NCBI GenBank assembly: GCA_963822585.1
Contig: CAWGIE010000030.1
Coordinates: 1-23,201 of the forward strand
DNA from: an uncultured bacterium
GTDB lineage: Bacteria; Auribacterota; Erginobacteria; Erginobacterales; Erginobacteraceae
Reading direction: 5' to 3'
Length of the DNA: 23,201 bases
Below the pieces are notes generated by a model. That model did no database searches, was not told the DNA's origin, and saw nothing but the letters and a program-made list of their open reading frames with translations. Numbering within the stretch: position 1 is the stretch's first letter; every line of letters begins with the position of its first letter. The position numbers and the translations under genes were made by a program. Positions 10,995 to 19,419 of this stretch are shown in pieces.

Positions 10995-12758
10995 ATGTTT
11001 ATGACCAGGATATCGTCCATAAGTTCAGTGTTAATCTTGCTTGCGGGCATTCTCTTTTCCCTCTCCGCCTTCGGGGTAGCGGCCGGTGATCCGGCTAAAC
11101 TGATGGCTGAAGGAAAAACCCTCCTCGACCTGGGGCAGACCGATGAAGCCCGCGCTACCTTCCTGCAGGTACTCGATCAAGACCCCGGGAACGCCGAGGC
11201 ATTATCATATATCCAGGAAATCAGTAACCAGAATCCAGTAACCGGTAACCAGGATCCAGTAACCAGTAACCAGAATCCGGATGCTTCTCCCCAGCAGCTG
11301 GAAAGGGTCGGGGTCCCTGACGGGGTCAATCCCACCGAGCCCGCGGACGGTTCGGCGCAGGAGCTGGAAAACGAACCGGAGCCCTTTCAGGGCCATGAGG
11401 ACATGGTGGTTCCCGTGCCCTTTGAAGAACAGGTCGGCGGCGAGCCTCAGGAGGAGCAGGTAGAACAGCCGGAGTCCGGCGTCCCCGCGTCTCCCACCCA
11501 CCGCCTTCATTATTATTACCGGAAGGGTCTGGATGCCTTTGAGGAGAAAAACTACCCCGAAGCCATCCACGACTTCGAGAAAGTCCAGGAAATGGATGCC
11601 GCCTACCGCCGGGCCGATTACTATCGCCGGGAATCCTGGAACCGGCTGGCCGATCGGCAAGGAACAAGTGTGGAAGCAGAGCAGACTGAAGAACAGCCGG
11701 CAGGGAAAGAGAGCTATGATGCCTATGCCCGGGGCAAGGAGTACATGAGGTACGGCAAATACGAGGCCGCGATCCAGGAATTCCAGAAAGTCCTGGACCG
11801 GGAACCGGAACACCAGGGGGCGAAGGCCTTACTGGAAGAAGCACGCCTGAAAATTGAAAAGACCGACTTCGAAGATGAAGTCGCCGCCGCCGAGCAGCTG
11901 GCGCGGGAGGAAGAAAAATCTCGAAGTCAGGCCCGGTCGGAAGAAGGCATGGCGGTGAGAGAGGCTTATAACGAAGGAGAACAGCTCTATGAAAAAGGAG
12001 AATTCGAGTCTTCCCGGCGAAAATTCTCCGAGCTGGAAAAGGAGCGGGGTACCCACCGCCGTTCCAGTTTTTATCTGCGTAAGATCGACAAGGAACTCTG
12101 GGAGAAGAAGGAAGCGGAGAAAGTCGATTTTGAAGCCGACGCGATCCGCAAATACACGCTGGGTCCGGAAGATGTGGTAAGGGTTGTAGTCCGCAATCAT
12201 CCGGAATTCGATTTCAGCGCGGCCGTTGAAGAAAGTGGAGAACTGATTATCCCCCTCACCAACGAGATAATCCAGGCTGATGGATTAACGCGCGATGAAC
12301 TGGCTGAGGAGATCAGGCAGTATCTGACGGCATTTATCGATAACCCATTTGTCAGTGTTTTCATCACCGGGTATTTCAGCAAAAAATACTATATTCTCCT
12401 CCCGGAAGGAGGAGGGTCGGAATATATAATGGATAAAGCGTCCATGACATTATGGGAAGTTATGTTCCGGGCCGGGATCCCCGAATTGGACACGGCGGCC
12501 CTGAGAAGAATACAGGTTATTACGCCGCATAAAACTCATCCCACCCATCGCTGGATAAATGTCTATGCCATGCTTTATGAGGGGAAAATGGAGGACAATA
12601 TCAGGATCGAGCCGGGAACGATTATTTATTATCCCATGCTTGCTGTAGTAAAATTTAATCAACTCGTTAAAAGTATTACAAAGCCCATCACAAGCCTGGC
12701 CACTTTAGGAACCAGTTATGAGCAATGGGATAAATTCCGGAAAGATTACCTACAGTGA
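10995..12758 (+). CDS. TPR-containing polysaccharide biosynthesis/export protein (Wza/OPX-like)
   Basis: Signal peptide; TPR units (A.AT F.QVL.QDPGN.EA; YEAAIQEFQKVL.REPEH); C-terminal Poly_export motif YTLGPEDVVRVVV...VEESGELIIPL....ADGLT.DEL; lies next to wzc-like genes. Confidence 0.85.
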   Translation: MFMTRISSISSVLILLAGILFSLSAFGVAAGDPAKLMAEGKTLLDLGQTDEARATFLQVLDQDPGNAEALSYIQEISNQNPVTGNQDPVTSNQNPDASPQQLERVGVPDGVNPTEPADGSAQELENEPEPFQGHEDMVVPVPFEEQVGGEPQEEQVEQPESGVPASPTHRLHYYYRKGLDAFEEKNYPEAIHDFEKVQEMDAAYRRADYYRRESWNRLADRQGTSVEAEQTEEQPAGKESYDAYARGKEYMRYGKYEAAIQEFQKVLDREPEHQGAKALLEEARLKIEKTDFEDEVAAAEQLAREEEKSRSQARSEEGMAVREAYNEGEQLYEKGEFESSRRKFSELEKERGTHRRSSFYLRKIDKELWEKKEAEKVDFEADAIRKYTLGPEDVVRVVVRNHPEFDFSAAVEESGELIIPLTNEIIQADGLTRDELAEEIRQYLTAFIDNPFVSVFITGYFSKKYYILLPEGGGSEYIMDKASMTLWEVMFRAGIPELDTAALRRIQVITPHKTHPTHRWINVYAMLYEGKMEDNIRIEPGTIIYYPMLAVVKFNQLVKSITKPITSLATLGTSYEQWDKFRKDYLQ

Positions 12759-13007
12759 TACAGTGCCTGAAGTTTTCAGCCAGAGGCTGATCCCCCTCCG
12801 GCGGATAAGTGCCTAAAGTGCCTAAAGTTAAAATGCCACCCCGGCAAAATTCGCGCTGGGCCGAACGGGAGTGGCGATGCTGTATTGCTTAATGTTTTGA
12901 TAGTTCTTGCCCCGATTCATTTATTCAGAAATATCATTATCGGGAAAAACCCGAGATAAGAACTTAGCTCCTTGCGTTTTAAAATTTATCATGGTCACAA
13001 AAGGCCC

Positions 13008-13036
13008 TTGCCACACGGGGCCTTTCATCATATAAT
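13008..13036 (+). promoter_or_regulatory. Near-consensus sigma70 promoter upstream of the chain-length determinant
   Basis: TTGCCA-17 nt-TATAAT, about 100 bp upstream of the ATG at 13139. Confidence 0.65.
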
Positions 13037-13138
13037 AAGCAGTTAGAAGTTATATTGCTATGCCCATAACCGCATAGTTAACTTTGATTTTAAGCAATAT
13101 GCTCATAAACTTTTATTTTTTTCGGAGAAAAAAATAAA

Positions 13139-14797
13139 ATGGCTGAACCGATCTCCATTACCCTCCGGAACACCGCCCGCAGTTACCTGGAAGTCATCTT
13201 CCACCGGAAATGGCTCCTGATTATCCCGGCTATCTTCGGCACATTGATAGCCTGGGGATACAGCTATACCATTACCCCCATGTACAAGAGCACCGCCGTC
13301 ATCGAGGTCGAGGAACGGGCGAAAGAAAATCCGTATATCAAGGGATTTTCCACCAGCACCCCGATCTCGGCCAGAATGGGCAGCATACTGCAGCGCGTCC
13401 GCAGCCGGTCCATGATAGAGGATATCATCAAGGAACTGAACCTCAACGAGAACACGAAAAACGAATACGAATACCGTCAATTGATCGATACCCTCCGGGA
13501 GAATATATCGGTTACCATCTCTAATAACCAGCTTCTGGAAGTGAGCTGTTCCTATCCGGATCCGGCCGCCTGCCAGAAGGTGGTCAATCTCCTGACCCGG
13601 AAGATCATCAAGGAAAACCTCGAACTTCAGGATAAAGAAACCGAAGCGGGGATTGAATGGCTCAACAAGGAACTGGATTTATACAAGCAGAAGATGACCG
13701 AATCGGAAGATAAACTTCAGGCGTTCGGAGAAAAATACGCCGAATTGATGCCGGAAGAACTGACCAATCAGCTTTATTCGTTGGTAACCTATGAACCAAC
13801 GCGTTCCGGCTCGGAGCCGGTACCCCCTCCCTTCCCCCAGGATTATTTGAGGCCGATAACGGAAGGGGCGAGTTCGATGTACAGTCTCCGCTATCAGAAT
13901 TACAGCTCGGCGCTGCTGCAGCAGGGGATTCAATTCAAGGAACTTCAGAAAAAGAAAGAGGCGTTGTTAAAGCAGCTGGAGAACGAGGATGAATTTGTCC
14001 TCAGCCAGAAAGTGACCGAGACCAACCCGGTGATCCGCAGCTTGAGAGAAGAGCTGGTACAAAAACAGGTTCAACTGGCCAGGTTAAAGGTGGATTCAAC
14101 CGAAGAGCATCCGATGGTAAAAAGGCTCTCCGAAGAAATAGAAAATCTGCAGAAGACCATCCAGACCGGCGCCAGCATGTCCATCAAGGAGCAGACCACC
14201 ACCCTCAATCCCATCTATCAGGCTGCCCGGGCGGAGCTGGCGGAGATTGAACAAAACATCGGTGGCCTTGAAGAAAGTATCGAGATATCCAAGACCATTG
14301 CCGAGGCGGCCTTTCAGCGGATGAAGCAACTCCCGGAAAAACAGAAAGAGCTGGCGCAGCTGCGGCGGGACAGCATCAATTATTCAGGTACTTATTCCCG
14401 GCTTCTTCAGGAGCGCGAAACCGCCTACGTGACCCGGAGGCTGGAATTGGAAGAAAGGGGAACGAAGTTCCAGATCCTGGATAATGCCGATGTCCCCATC
14501 AAGCCGTACTCCCCGAAGAGAAACCTGATCGTCCTGGCCGGGTTTTTCTTCGGCCTGGTTCTCGGCGGGGGGACGATTGTCCTGGCCGAGACGACCGATC
14601 ATTCATTTGAAGAATCGAACCAGCTGCGGGAATTTCTCCCCGTCCCCATGCTGGGCGCTACCAGCCAGATCCTGACCCCGGAAGAGAAATCATTCATCAA
14701 CGCCAAAAAAAGGCTGGCTCTATTGGCATTAATGGTTGTGATTATTTTTACCATTCTTACCATAAGCATCTTCATGATCTTCGGCGGCATCGCGTAA
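13139..14797 (+). CDS. Polysaccharide chain-length determinant / co-polymerase (Wzz/GumC/Wzc N-terminal part)
   Basis: RKWLLIIP TM1, P.YKSTAVIEV, long coiled coil with TEEHPMVK, FQILD.A.VP..P.SPK, TM2, then DHSF....LREFLPVPMLG. Confidence 0.9.
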   Translation: MAEPISITLRNTARSYLEVIFHRKWLLIIPAIFGTLIAWGYSYTITPMYKSTAVIEVEERAKENPYIKGFSTSTPISARMGSILQRVRSRSMIEDIIKELNLNENTKNEYEYRQLIDTLRENISVTISNNQLLEVSCSYPDPAACQKVVNLLTRKIIKENLELQDKETEAGIEWLNKELDLYKQKMTESEDKLQAFGEKYAELMPEELTNQLYSLVTYEPTRSGSEPVPPPFPQDYLRPITEGASSMYSLRYQNYSSALLQQGIQFKELQKKKEALLKQLENEDEFVLSQKVTETNPVIRSLREELVQKQVQLARLKVDSTEEHPMVKRLSEEIENLQKTIQTGASMSIKEQTTTLNPIYQAARAELAEIEQNIGGLEESIEISKTIAEAAFQRMKQLPEKQKELAQLRRDSINYSGTYSRLLQERETAYVTRRLELEERGTKFQILDNADVPIKPYSPKRNLIVLAGFFFGLVLGGGTIVLAETTDHSFEESNQLREFLPVPMLGATSQILTPEEKSFINAKKRLALLALMVVIIFTILTISIFMIFGGIA

Positions 14798-14800
14798 AAG

Positions 14801-14962
14801 AACAGACGATTGAATGTGATTGAATGGGATTAGGGAAAATATATAAGTTCAGTACGATGTCAAAATATGAGAGATATGTCGCAAATTGCACGATATCATC
14901 CAACCCGAGAGATAATCACCATAAGCCCTCTCATCATATCCAATCCTATTCAATCGTCTGTT
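14801..14962. mobile_element. Non-coding 162-bp element bounded by inverted copies of the motif that flanks GxxExxY gene 1
   Basis: AACAGACGATTGAAT (14801-14815) and ATTCAATCGTCTGTT (14948-14962) form a perfect 15-bp inverted repeat that extends imperfectly to about 30 bp. Confidence 0.6.
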
Positions 14963-15110
14963 TAATTTAAAGGGGCCGAGGTAGGGGCTAAGAAAACAAC
15001 CCTTCAAGTTCTTCATGTTCTTCATGGTAAATTAAAGGGTCTGAGGTAGGGGTAAACAATTAGCGTAATTAGTGTAATTCGTAGTTCATAATAGGGGCCG
15101 AGGTAGGGGG
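14933..15110 (+). repeat. Array of three AGGGGCCGAGGTAGGGG repeats, each preceded by a different triplet motif
   Basis: Repeats at 14971, 15036 and 15093. Preceding motifs end in CAATCGTCTGTT, CTTCAAGTTCTTCATGTTCTTCATGGT and TTAGCGTAATTAGTGTAATTCGTAGTT. Confidence 0.8.
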
Positions 15111-15142
15111 GAACAATAAAAGTAGTTAGTGGATAAAAAGCC

Positions 15143-15961
15143 ATGGCCGACATTAATAAATTAAGTCCGCAAAAAATCCGGAGTTATTTCCGGAATAAGA
15201 AGAACGCGCTCCTGGACGAGATGAGCGTTATCTCCTATGTAACCAAGCCGGCCGCGGCGGGAGGAGAGTACGATCCCCGGGTTGTGACGCTGACTGACCC
15301 GAAGTCCCATATCTCCGAACAATACCGTTCCATCCGGACCAATATTGCTTCTCTTTTCCCGGAGAACCCGGTCCGCGCGTTCTTAATCACCAGTTCGTTG
15401 CGGGGCGAGGGGAAAACGGTCACCGCCGCCAATCTGGCCGCGGCCTTTTCCCAGGAGGTCGGGGAAAAAACCATTCTTATCGACGCGGATCTGCGGAAAC
15501 CGAATGTTCACCGGGTATTTCATCTGGACAAGGATCCCGGTTTATCCGATATCCTCACCGGGCAGGAAGAAGTCGATCGCTTTCTGGAGAAACCGGCGGT
15601 AGAAAACCTATACATTATACCGGCCGGTAAATCCCCGGCGAACCCATCGGAATTATTGGGATCCGCCCGGATGGAAGATTTGATCGGGAGATTGAAAGAG
15701 GAGTTCAAATGGGTGATTTTCGACATGTCCCCCATTCTGGCCGTTACCGATCCGGGGGTGCTGGGGAATCTTCTTGACGGGTCCATCATTGTCGTCAAAG
15801 CCGGGCGAACACAGGCAGTGGACGTGGAGCGGGCCTATTCGTTACTCCTGGAAGCGAACGCCAAACCGATGGCCAGCATCCTGACCGGGGTTATCACCTA
15901 TATCCCGTACTATCTTTATCGTTACCGTTATATGTATTCCCACCAGTACTACAATGCTTAA
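15143..15961 (+). CDS. CpsD/CapB family bacterial tyrosine kinase (Wzc C-terminal domain)
   Basis: SEQYRSIRTN; Walker A SSLRGEGKT; A' ILIDADLRKP; Walker B VIFDMSP; C-terminal Tyr cluster YIPYYLYRYRYMYSHQYY. Confidence 0.93.
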   Translation: MADINKLSPQKIRSYFRNKKNALLDEMSVISYVTKPAAAGGEYDPRVVTLTDPKSHISEQYRSIRTNIASLFPENPVRAFLITSSLRGEGKTVTAANLAAAFSQEVGEKTILIDADLRKPNVHRVFHLDKDPGLSDILTGQEEVDRFLEKPAVENLYIIPAGKSPANPSELLGSARMEDLIGRLKEEFKWVIFDMSPILAVTDPGVLGNLLDGSIIVVKAGRTQAVDVERAYSLLLEANAKPMASILTGVITYIPYYLYRYRYMYSHQYYNA

Positions 15962-15999
15962 ATTTCCCCGTCCCGAAAAGGACGGGGAAATTTAAGCAT
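15954..15999. terminator. Perfect 20-bp-stem hairpin overlapping the kinase stop codon (possible terminator)
   Basis: ATGCTTAAATTTCCCCGTCC-CGAAAA-GGACGGGGAAATTTAAGCAT. Confidence 0.55.
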
Positions 16000-16030
16000 A
16001 AAGATTGTAACAAAGTCTTGATGTTTGGTA

Positions 16031-16092
16031 TAACGGCTACCCGGGCCATGGATTAATGGTTTTTAATCGGCCGGCAGGGTAGCCGTTTTTAT
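16031..16092 (+). terminator. Stem-loop followed by a T-run (intrinsic terminator/attenuator candidate)
   Basis: AACGGCTACCC...GGGTAGCCGTT followed by TTTATT. Confidence 0.4.
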
Positions 16093-16163
16093 TAGTAATT
16101 GGGATTAGTCGAGTTCCCTGAACCCTGTCTTGCACCATGGAGGGCATGTAATACATGTAGAGG

Positions 16164-16388
16164 AGGGTTCAGGGTTCAGGGTTCAGGGTTCAGGATCGCC
16201 CGATCACCTCCTAAAACATGGAGGGCATCTAGAGAGACTGGATAGAATTCTCAGCCGGAGGCTTCAGGCCGAGGCTTCAGCCAGAGGCTGATCCGCCGCC
16301 GGCGGAGATCCACGTCTCTGGCGGAGAAACCTAAACCCTGACCCCTGACCCCTGAACCCCGAACCCTGAACCCTGAACCCCGAACCCT
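16164..16388. repeat. Inverted heptamer arrays: (AGGGTTC)x4 and (GAACCCT)x~9
   Basis: Four copies at 16164-16191; about nine degenerate reverse-complement copies at 16326-16388. Confidence 0.8.
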
Positions 16389-16437
16389 GTACTCTGCAAC
16401 CACAAGACTCAACGTTGAATCATAAAAGGATGGACCT

Positions 16438-17472
16438 ATGAAAATCTTAATCACCGGCGGCGCCGGATTTATCGGCTCTAACGCCGCGGCCCGGGCCCTG
16501 GTCCGGGGAGACGAGGTCATGGTGGTGGACGACCTCTCTCGGGCCGGGGCGGAGCTGAACCTGGAATGGCTGCGCGGTATAGGCGATTTCCGCTTCGAGA
16601 TGATTGACGTGCGCGATTATCGGTCCTTGCGCGCGCTCATGGCCGCGGACAAGTTCGATGCCATATACCACCTCGCCGCGCAGGTGGCGGTGACCACCTC
16701 GGTCACCGATCCTCGGGACGATTTTGAAGTGAACGCCCTCGGTACGTTCAACCTCCTGGAAGCGATCAGGAATTCAAGCCAATCGCCGGTTGTCATCTTT
16801 TCTTCCACGAACAAAGTGTATGGCAATCTTGATGATATGCCGGTGGCGGAAAAGCAGACGCGCTACACGTTCCAAGGTTTAAAGAAGACCGTTTCCGAGA
16901 ACCAGCCTCTTGATTTCCATTCCCCCTATGGCTGTTCCAAGGGGAGCGCCAACCAGTATGCGAGGGATTACGCCCGTATTTATGGCTTGAAGACCGTGGT
17001 CATGCGGCAGTCCTGCATTTATGGTCCCCGCCAGTTCGGGATCGAGGACCAGGGGTGGGTGGCCTGGTTCATCATCGCGGTGCTTACCGGCAAAAAGATC
17101 ACTGTCTATGGCAATGGCAAACAGGTCCGCGATATTCTTTATATGGATGACCTCCTTGACTCCTTCGACGCGGCGATTCGAAATATAGAAAAATGCGCCG
17201 GGGGCATATTCAACATCGGCGGGGGGCCGGAGAACTCCGTCTCCCTTTTGGAGTTTTTCAACCTGTTGGAAGGAATCACCGGAAAGAAGATTGACTATTC
17301 CTTCTCCGATTGGCGCCCCGGCGACCAGCCGATCTATATCAGCGATATCACTAAAGCCGGCAAGGAACTGGGCTGGCAACCACAAATGGCATATAAGGAA
17401 GGAATAAAAAAATTATACGACTGGGTACAGGAAAACAAACAGACGATCGAAAAGATACTGACTGATAAATAA
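16438..17472 (+). CDS. rfbE: NAD-dependent epimerase/dehydratase, CDP-paratose 2-epimerase (RfbE/Tyv)-like
   Basis: ILITGGAGFIGS; HLAAQVAVTTS...PR.DFEVNALGT; FSSTNKVYG; LDFHSPYGCSKG; RQSCIYGPRQFG.EDQGWVAWF; WRPGDQ. Confidence 0.85.
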   Translation: MKILITGGAGFIGSNAAARALVRGDEVMVVDDLSRAGAELNLEWLRGIGDFRFEMIDVRDYRSLRALMAADKFDAIYHLAAQVAVTTSVTDPRDDFEVNALGTFNLLEAIRNSSQSPVVIFSSTNKVYGNLDDMPVAEKQTRYTFQGLKKTVSENQPLDFHSPYGCSKGSANQYARDYARIYGLKTVVMRQSCIYGPRQFGIEDQGWVAWFIIAVLTGKKITVYGNGKQVRDILYMDDLLDSFDAAIRNIEKCAGGIFNIGGGPENSVSLLEFFNLLEGITGKKIDYSFSDWRPGDQPIYISDITKAGKELGWQPQMAYKEGIKKLYDWVQENKQTIEKILTDK

Positions 17473-17657
17473 ACAGACGATTGAATGTGATGGGATGTGA
17501 GAAAGAGTGAACAATCTGGTGTAGATATATCCATTCTTTAAAACAGGAATCAAAGATATTGTATAGATTATATGAACCTGACTAAAAGAGGCCGAGATTG
17601 GGGGAAGCAGATCATACTTAATCACATACAATCGTCTGTTTAATTAAAGAGAGTGGT

Positions 17658-18086
17658 GTGAATATAATGAAGTGGGATGATTCTAAATATAGACCTCTGA
17701 CGGAAAAGATAATTAAAGCGTTTTTCAAGGTGCATAATACCCTCGGGCCTGGTTTCCTGGAGAAGGTCTATCATAATGCGTTAGTAATTGAATTGAAAAA
17801 GATGGGCCTCAAAGTGGATTCAGAGAAGTCTTTCCCTGTGCCATATGATGATGAAGAAGTGGGAGCCTATTCCCCCAATATTGTTGTTGAAGATAGAATT
17901 GTTGTTGAGGTTAAAGCAAGCAAGGGACTAGACGAAAACAACAAAGCTCAACTAATCGCCCAATTACGGGTAACGGAATTATTAATAGGTTTTTTAGTAA
18001 ATTTCGGGCTGGCAAAGTTAGAATTCAAGCGAATAGATAATTATTTCGAAATCAAGAAAAGAGGGTTATGGATAGACGGGATATAA
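17658..18086 (+). CDS. GxxExxY protein (PD-(D/E)XK nuclease-like family), copy 1; start may be the ATG at 17667
   Basis: LTEKII.AFFKVHNTLGPGFLEKVYHNAL; IVVEVKA; AQL...L......GFLVNFG. Confidence 0.92.
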   Translation: MNIMKWDDSKYRPLTEKIIKAFFKVHNTLGPGFLEKVYHNALVIELKKMGLKVDSEKSFPVPYDDEEVGAYSPNIVVEDRIVVEVKASKGLDENNKAQLIAQLRVTELLIGFLVNFGLAKLEFKRIDNYFEIKKRGLWIDGI

Positions 18087-18093
18087 TTCTATT

Positions 18094-18514
18094 CCATCAC
18101 ATCCAATCGTCTGTTAAAAAGGTGCTGAGGTAGGGTGAGCGAAGTTATACGCCATCACATCCAATCATCTGTTAAAAAGGGGCCGGGGTAGGGGGTAGCT
18201 AATCTTATTCCATCACATCCAATCGTCTGTTAAAAAGGTGCTGAGGTAGGGTGAGCGAAGTTATACGCCATCACATCCAATCATCTGTTAAAAAGGGGCC
18301 GGGGTAGGGGGTAGCTAATCTTATTCCATCACATCCAATCGTCTGTTAAAAAGGTGCTGAGGTAGGGTGAGCGAAGTTATACCCCATCACATCCAATCAT
18401 CTGTTAAAAAGGGGCCGGGGTAGGGGGTAGCTAATCTTATTCCATCACATCCAATCGTTTGTTTAAAAAGGGGCCGAGGTAGGGGGATAAAACAAAGACA
18501 AGTAATCGTTTGTT
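18094..18514 (+). repeat. Tandem array of seven 58-bp units (alternating A/B variants): CCATCACATCCAATCRTCTGTT + AAAAAGGKGCYGRGGTAGGG + short variable tail
   Basis: Units start at 18094, 18152, 18210, 18268, 18326, 18384 and 18442. A remnant AATCGTTTGTT at 18504-18514 precedes the cysD RBS. Confidence 0.92.
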
Positions 18515-18525
18515 AAAGTGGGAGG

Positions 18526-19334
18526 TTGCCAGTGAACAAGCTCGACGAGCTCGAATCAAAAAGCATCTACATCATCCGTGAAGCATATCATCAGTTCAAG
18601 GACATTGCCGCTCTCTGGTCGATCGGCAAGGATTCGACGACATTAGTGCATCTCTGCCGGAAAGCGTTTTACGGGGAAGTCCCTTTCCCTCTGATGCATA
18701 TCGATACCAGCTACAAGTTCCCCGAGATGTACCGCTTTCGGGATGAATATGCCAAAAAGTGGGGGATGAAACTAATCGTGACCCGGAACGAAGAAGCCAT
18801 TGCCGCCGGGATGGGGCCGAACGTGGGAGAGAAACTGGAGTGCTGTACCCAGCTCAAGACCAACGCGCTCAAGCTGGGGATCGCCCAGAACGGTTTTAAG
18901 GCCCTCCTTCTCGGTATCCGCCGCGATGAGCATGGGATCCGGGCCAAGGAACGGTATTTCTCCCCCGCAACGAGGATTTCAAGTGGGATTACGAGAACCA
19001 GCCCCCGGAACTCTGGGACCAATATAAATCAAAGGCGGAAGATGAGGAACACATCCGCGTCCATCCGCTTCTGCACTGGACCGAGCTGGACATCTGGGAA
19101 TACGTCAAGCGGGAAAATCTGCCCATCACCGATCTGTATTTCGCCAAGAACGGCAAGCGCTTCCGGTCCATCGGCTGCGTACCCTGCTGCGCTCCGGTCG
19201 ATTCCGAAGCCGACACGATCGACAAGATCATCGAAGAACTGAAGACGACGAAGGTCTCCGAGCGCTCCGGCCGCGCCCAGGACAAGGAATCGGTCACCAC
19301 CATGCAAAAACTCCGCGCCCTCGGCTACATGTAA
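18526..19334 (+). CDS. cysD: Sulfate adenylyltransferase subunit 2, with one missing C in the run at 18962-18966
   Basis: LDELESKSIYIIREA; WSIGKDS; HIDT..KFPEMY.FRD; GIRRDE...RAKERYFS. The shifted frame continues PRNEDFKWDYENQPPELW...IRVHPLLHWTELDIWEY...FRSIGC.PC...ERSGRAQD...MQKLRALGYM*. Confidence 0.92.
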
Positions 19335-19419
19335 CTGCGAATTACGCGAATTAAGACTGCGAATTACGCGAATTAAAGCTGCGAATTACGCGAATTAAGG
19401 CTGCGAATTACATGAATTA
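19333..19419 (+). repeat. Four tandem 22-bp copies of CTGCGAATTACGCGAATTA immediately upstream of GxxExxY gene 2
   Basis: Copies at 19335, 19357, 19379 and 19401; the first overlaps the cysD TAA. An inverted copy lies at 19898-19917. Confidence 0.9.

Noticed and set aside
16251..16520. 89-aa minus-strand ORF with VRGSGFRVRGSG repeats
   Set aside because: Translation of the heptamer tract; overlaps the start of rfbE.
18176..18196. G-quadruplex function for the G-rich repeat
   Set aside because: Single units have only two or three G-runs and several copies break them; not supportable from sequence alone.
18094..18486. 58-bp array as a canonical CRISPR array
   Set aside because: Intervening sequences alternate between two near-identical variants, the repeat is not palindromic, and no cas genes are seen.
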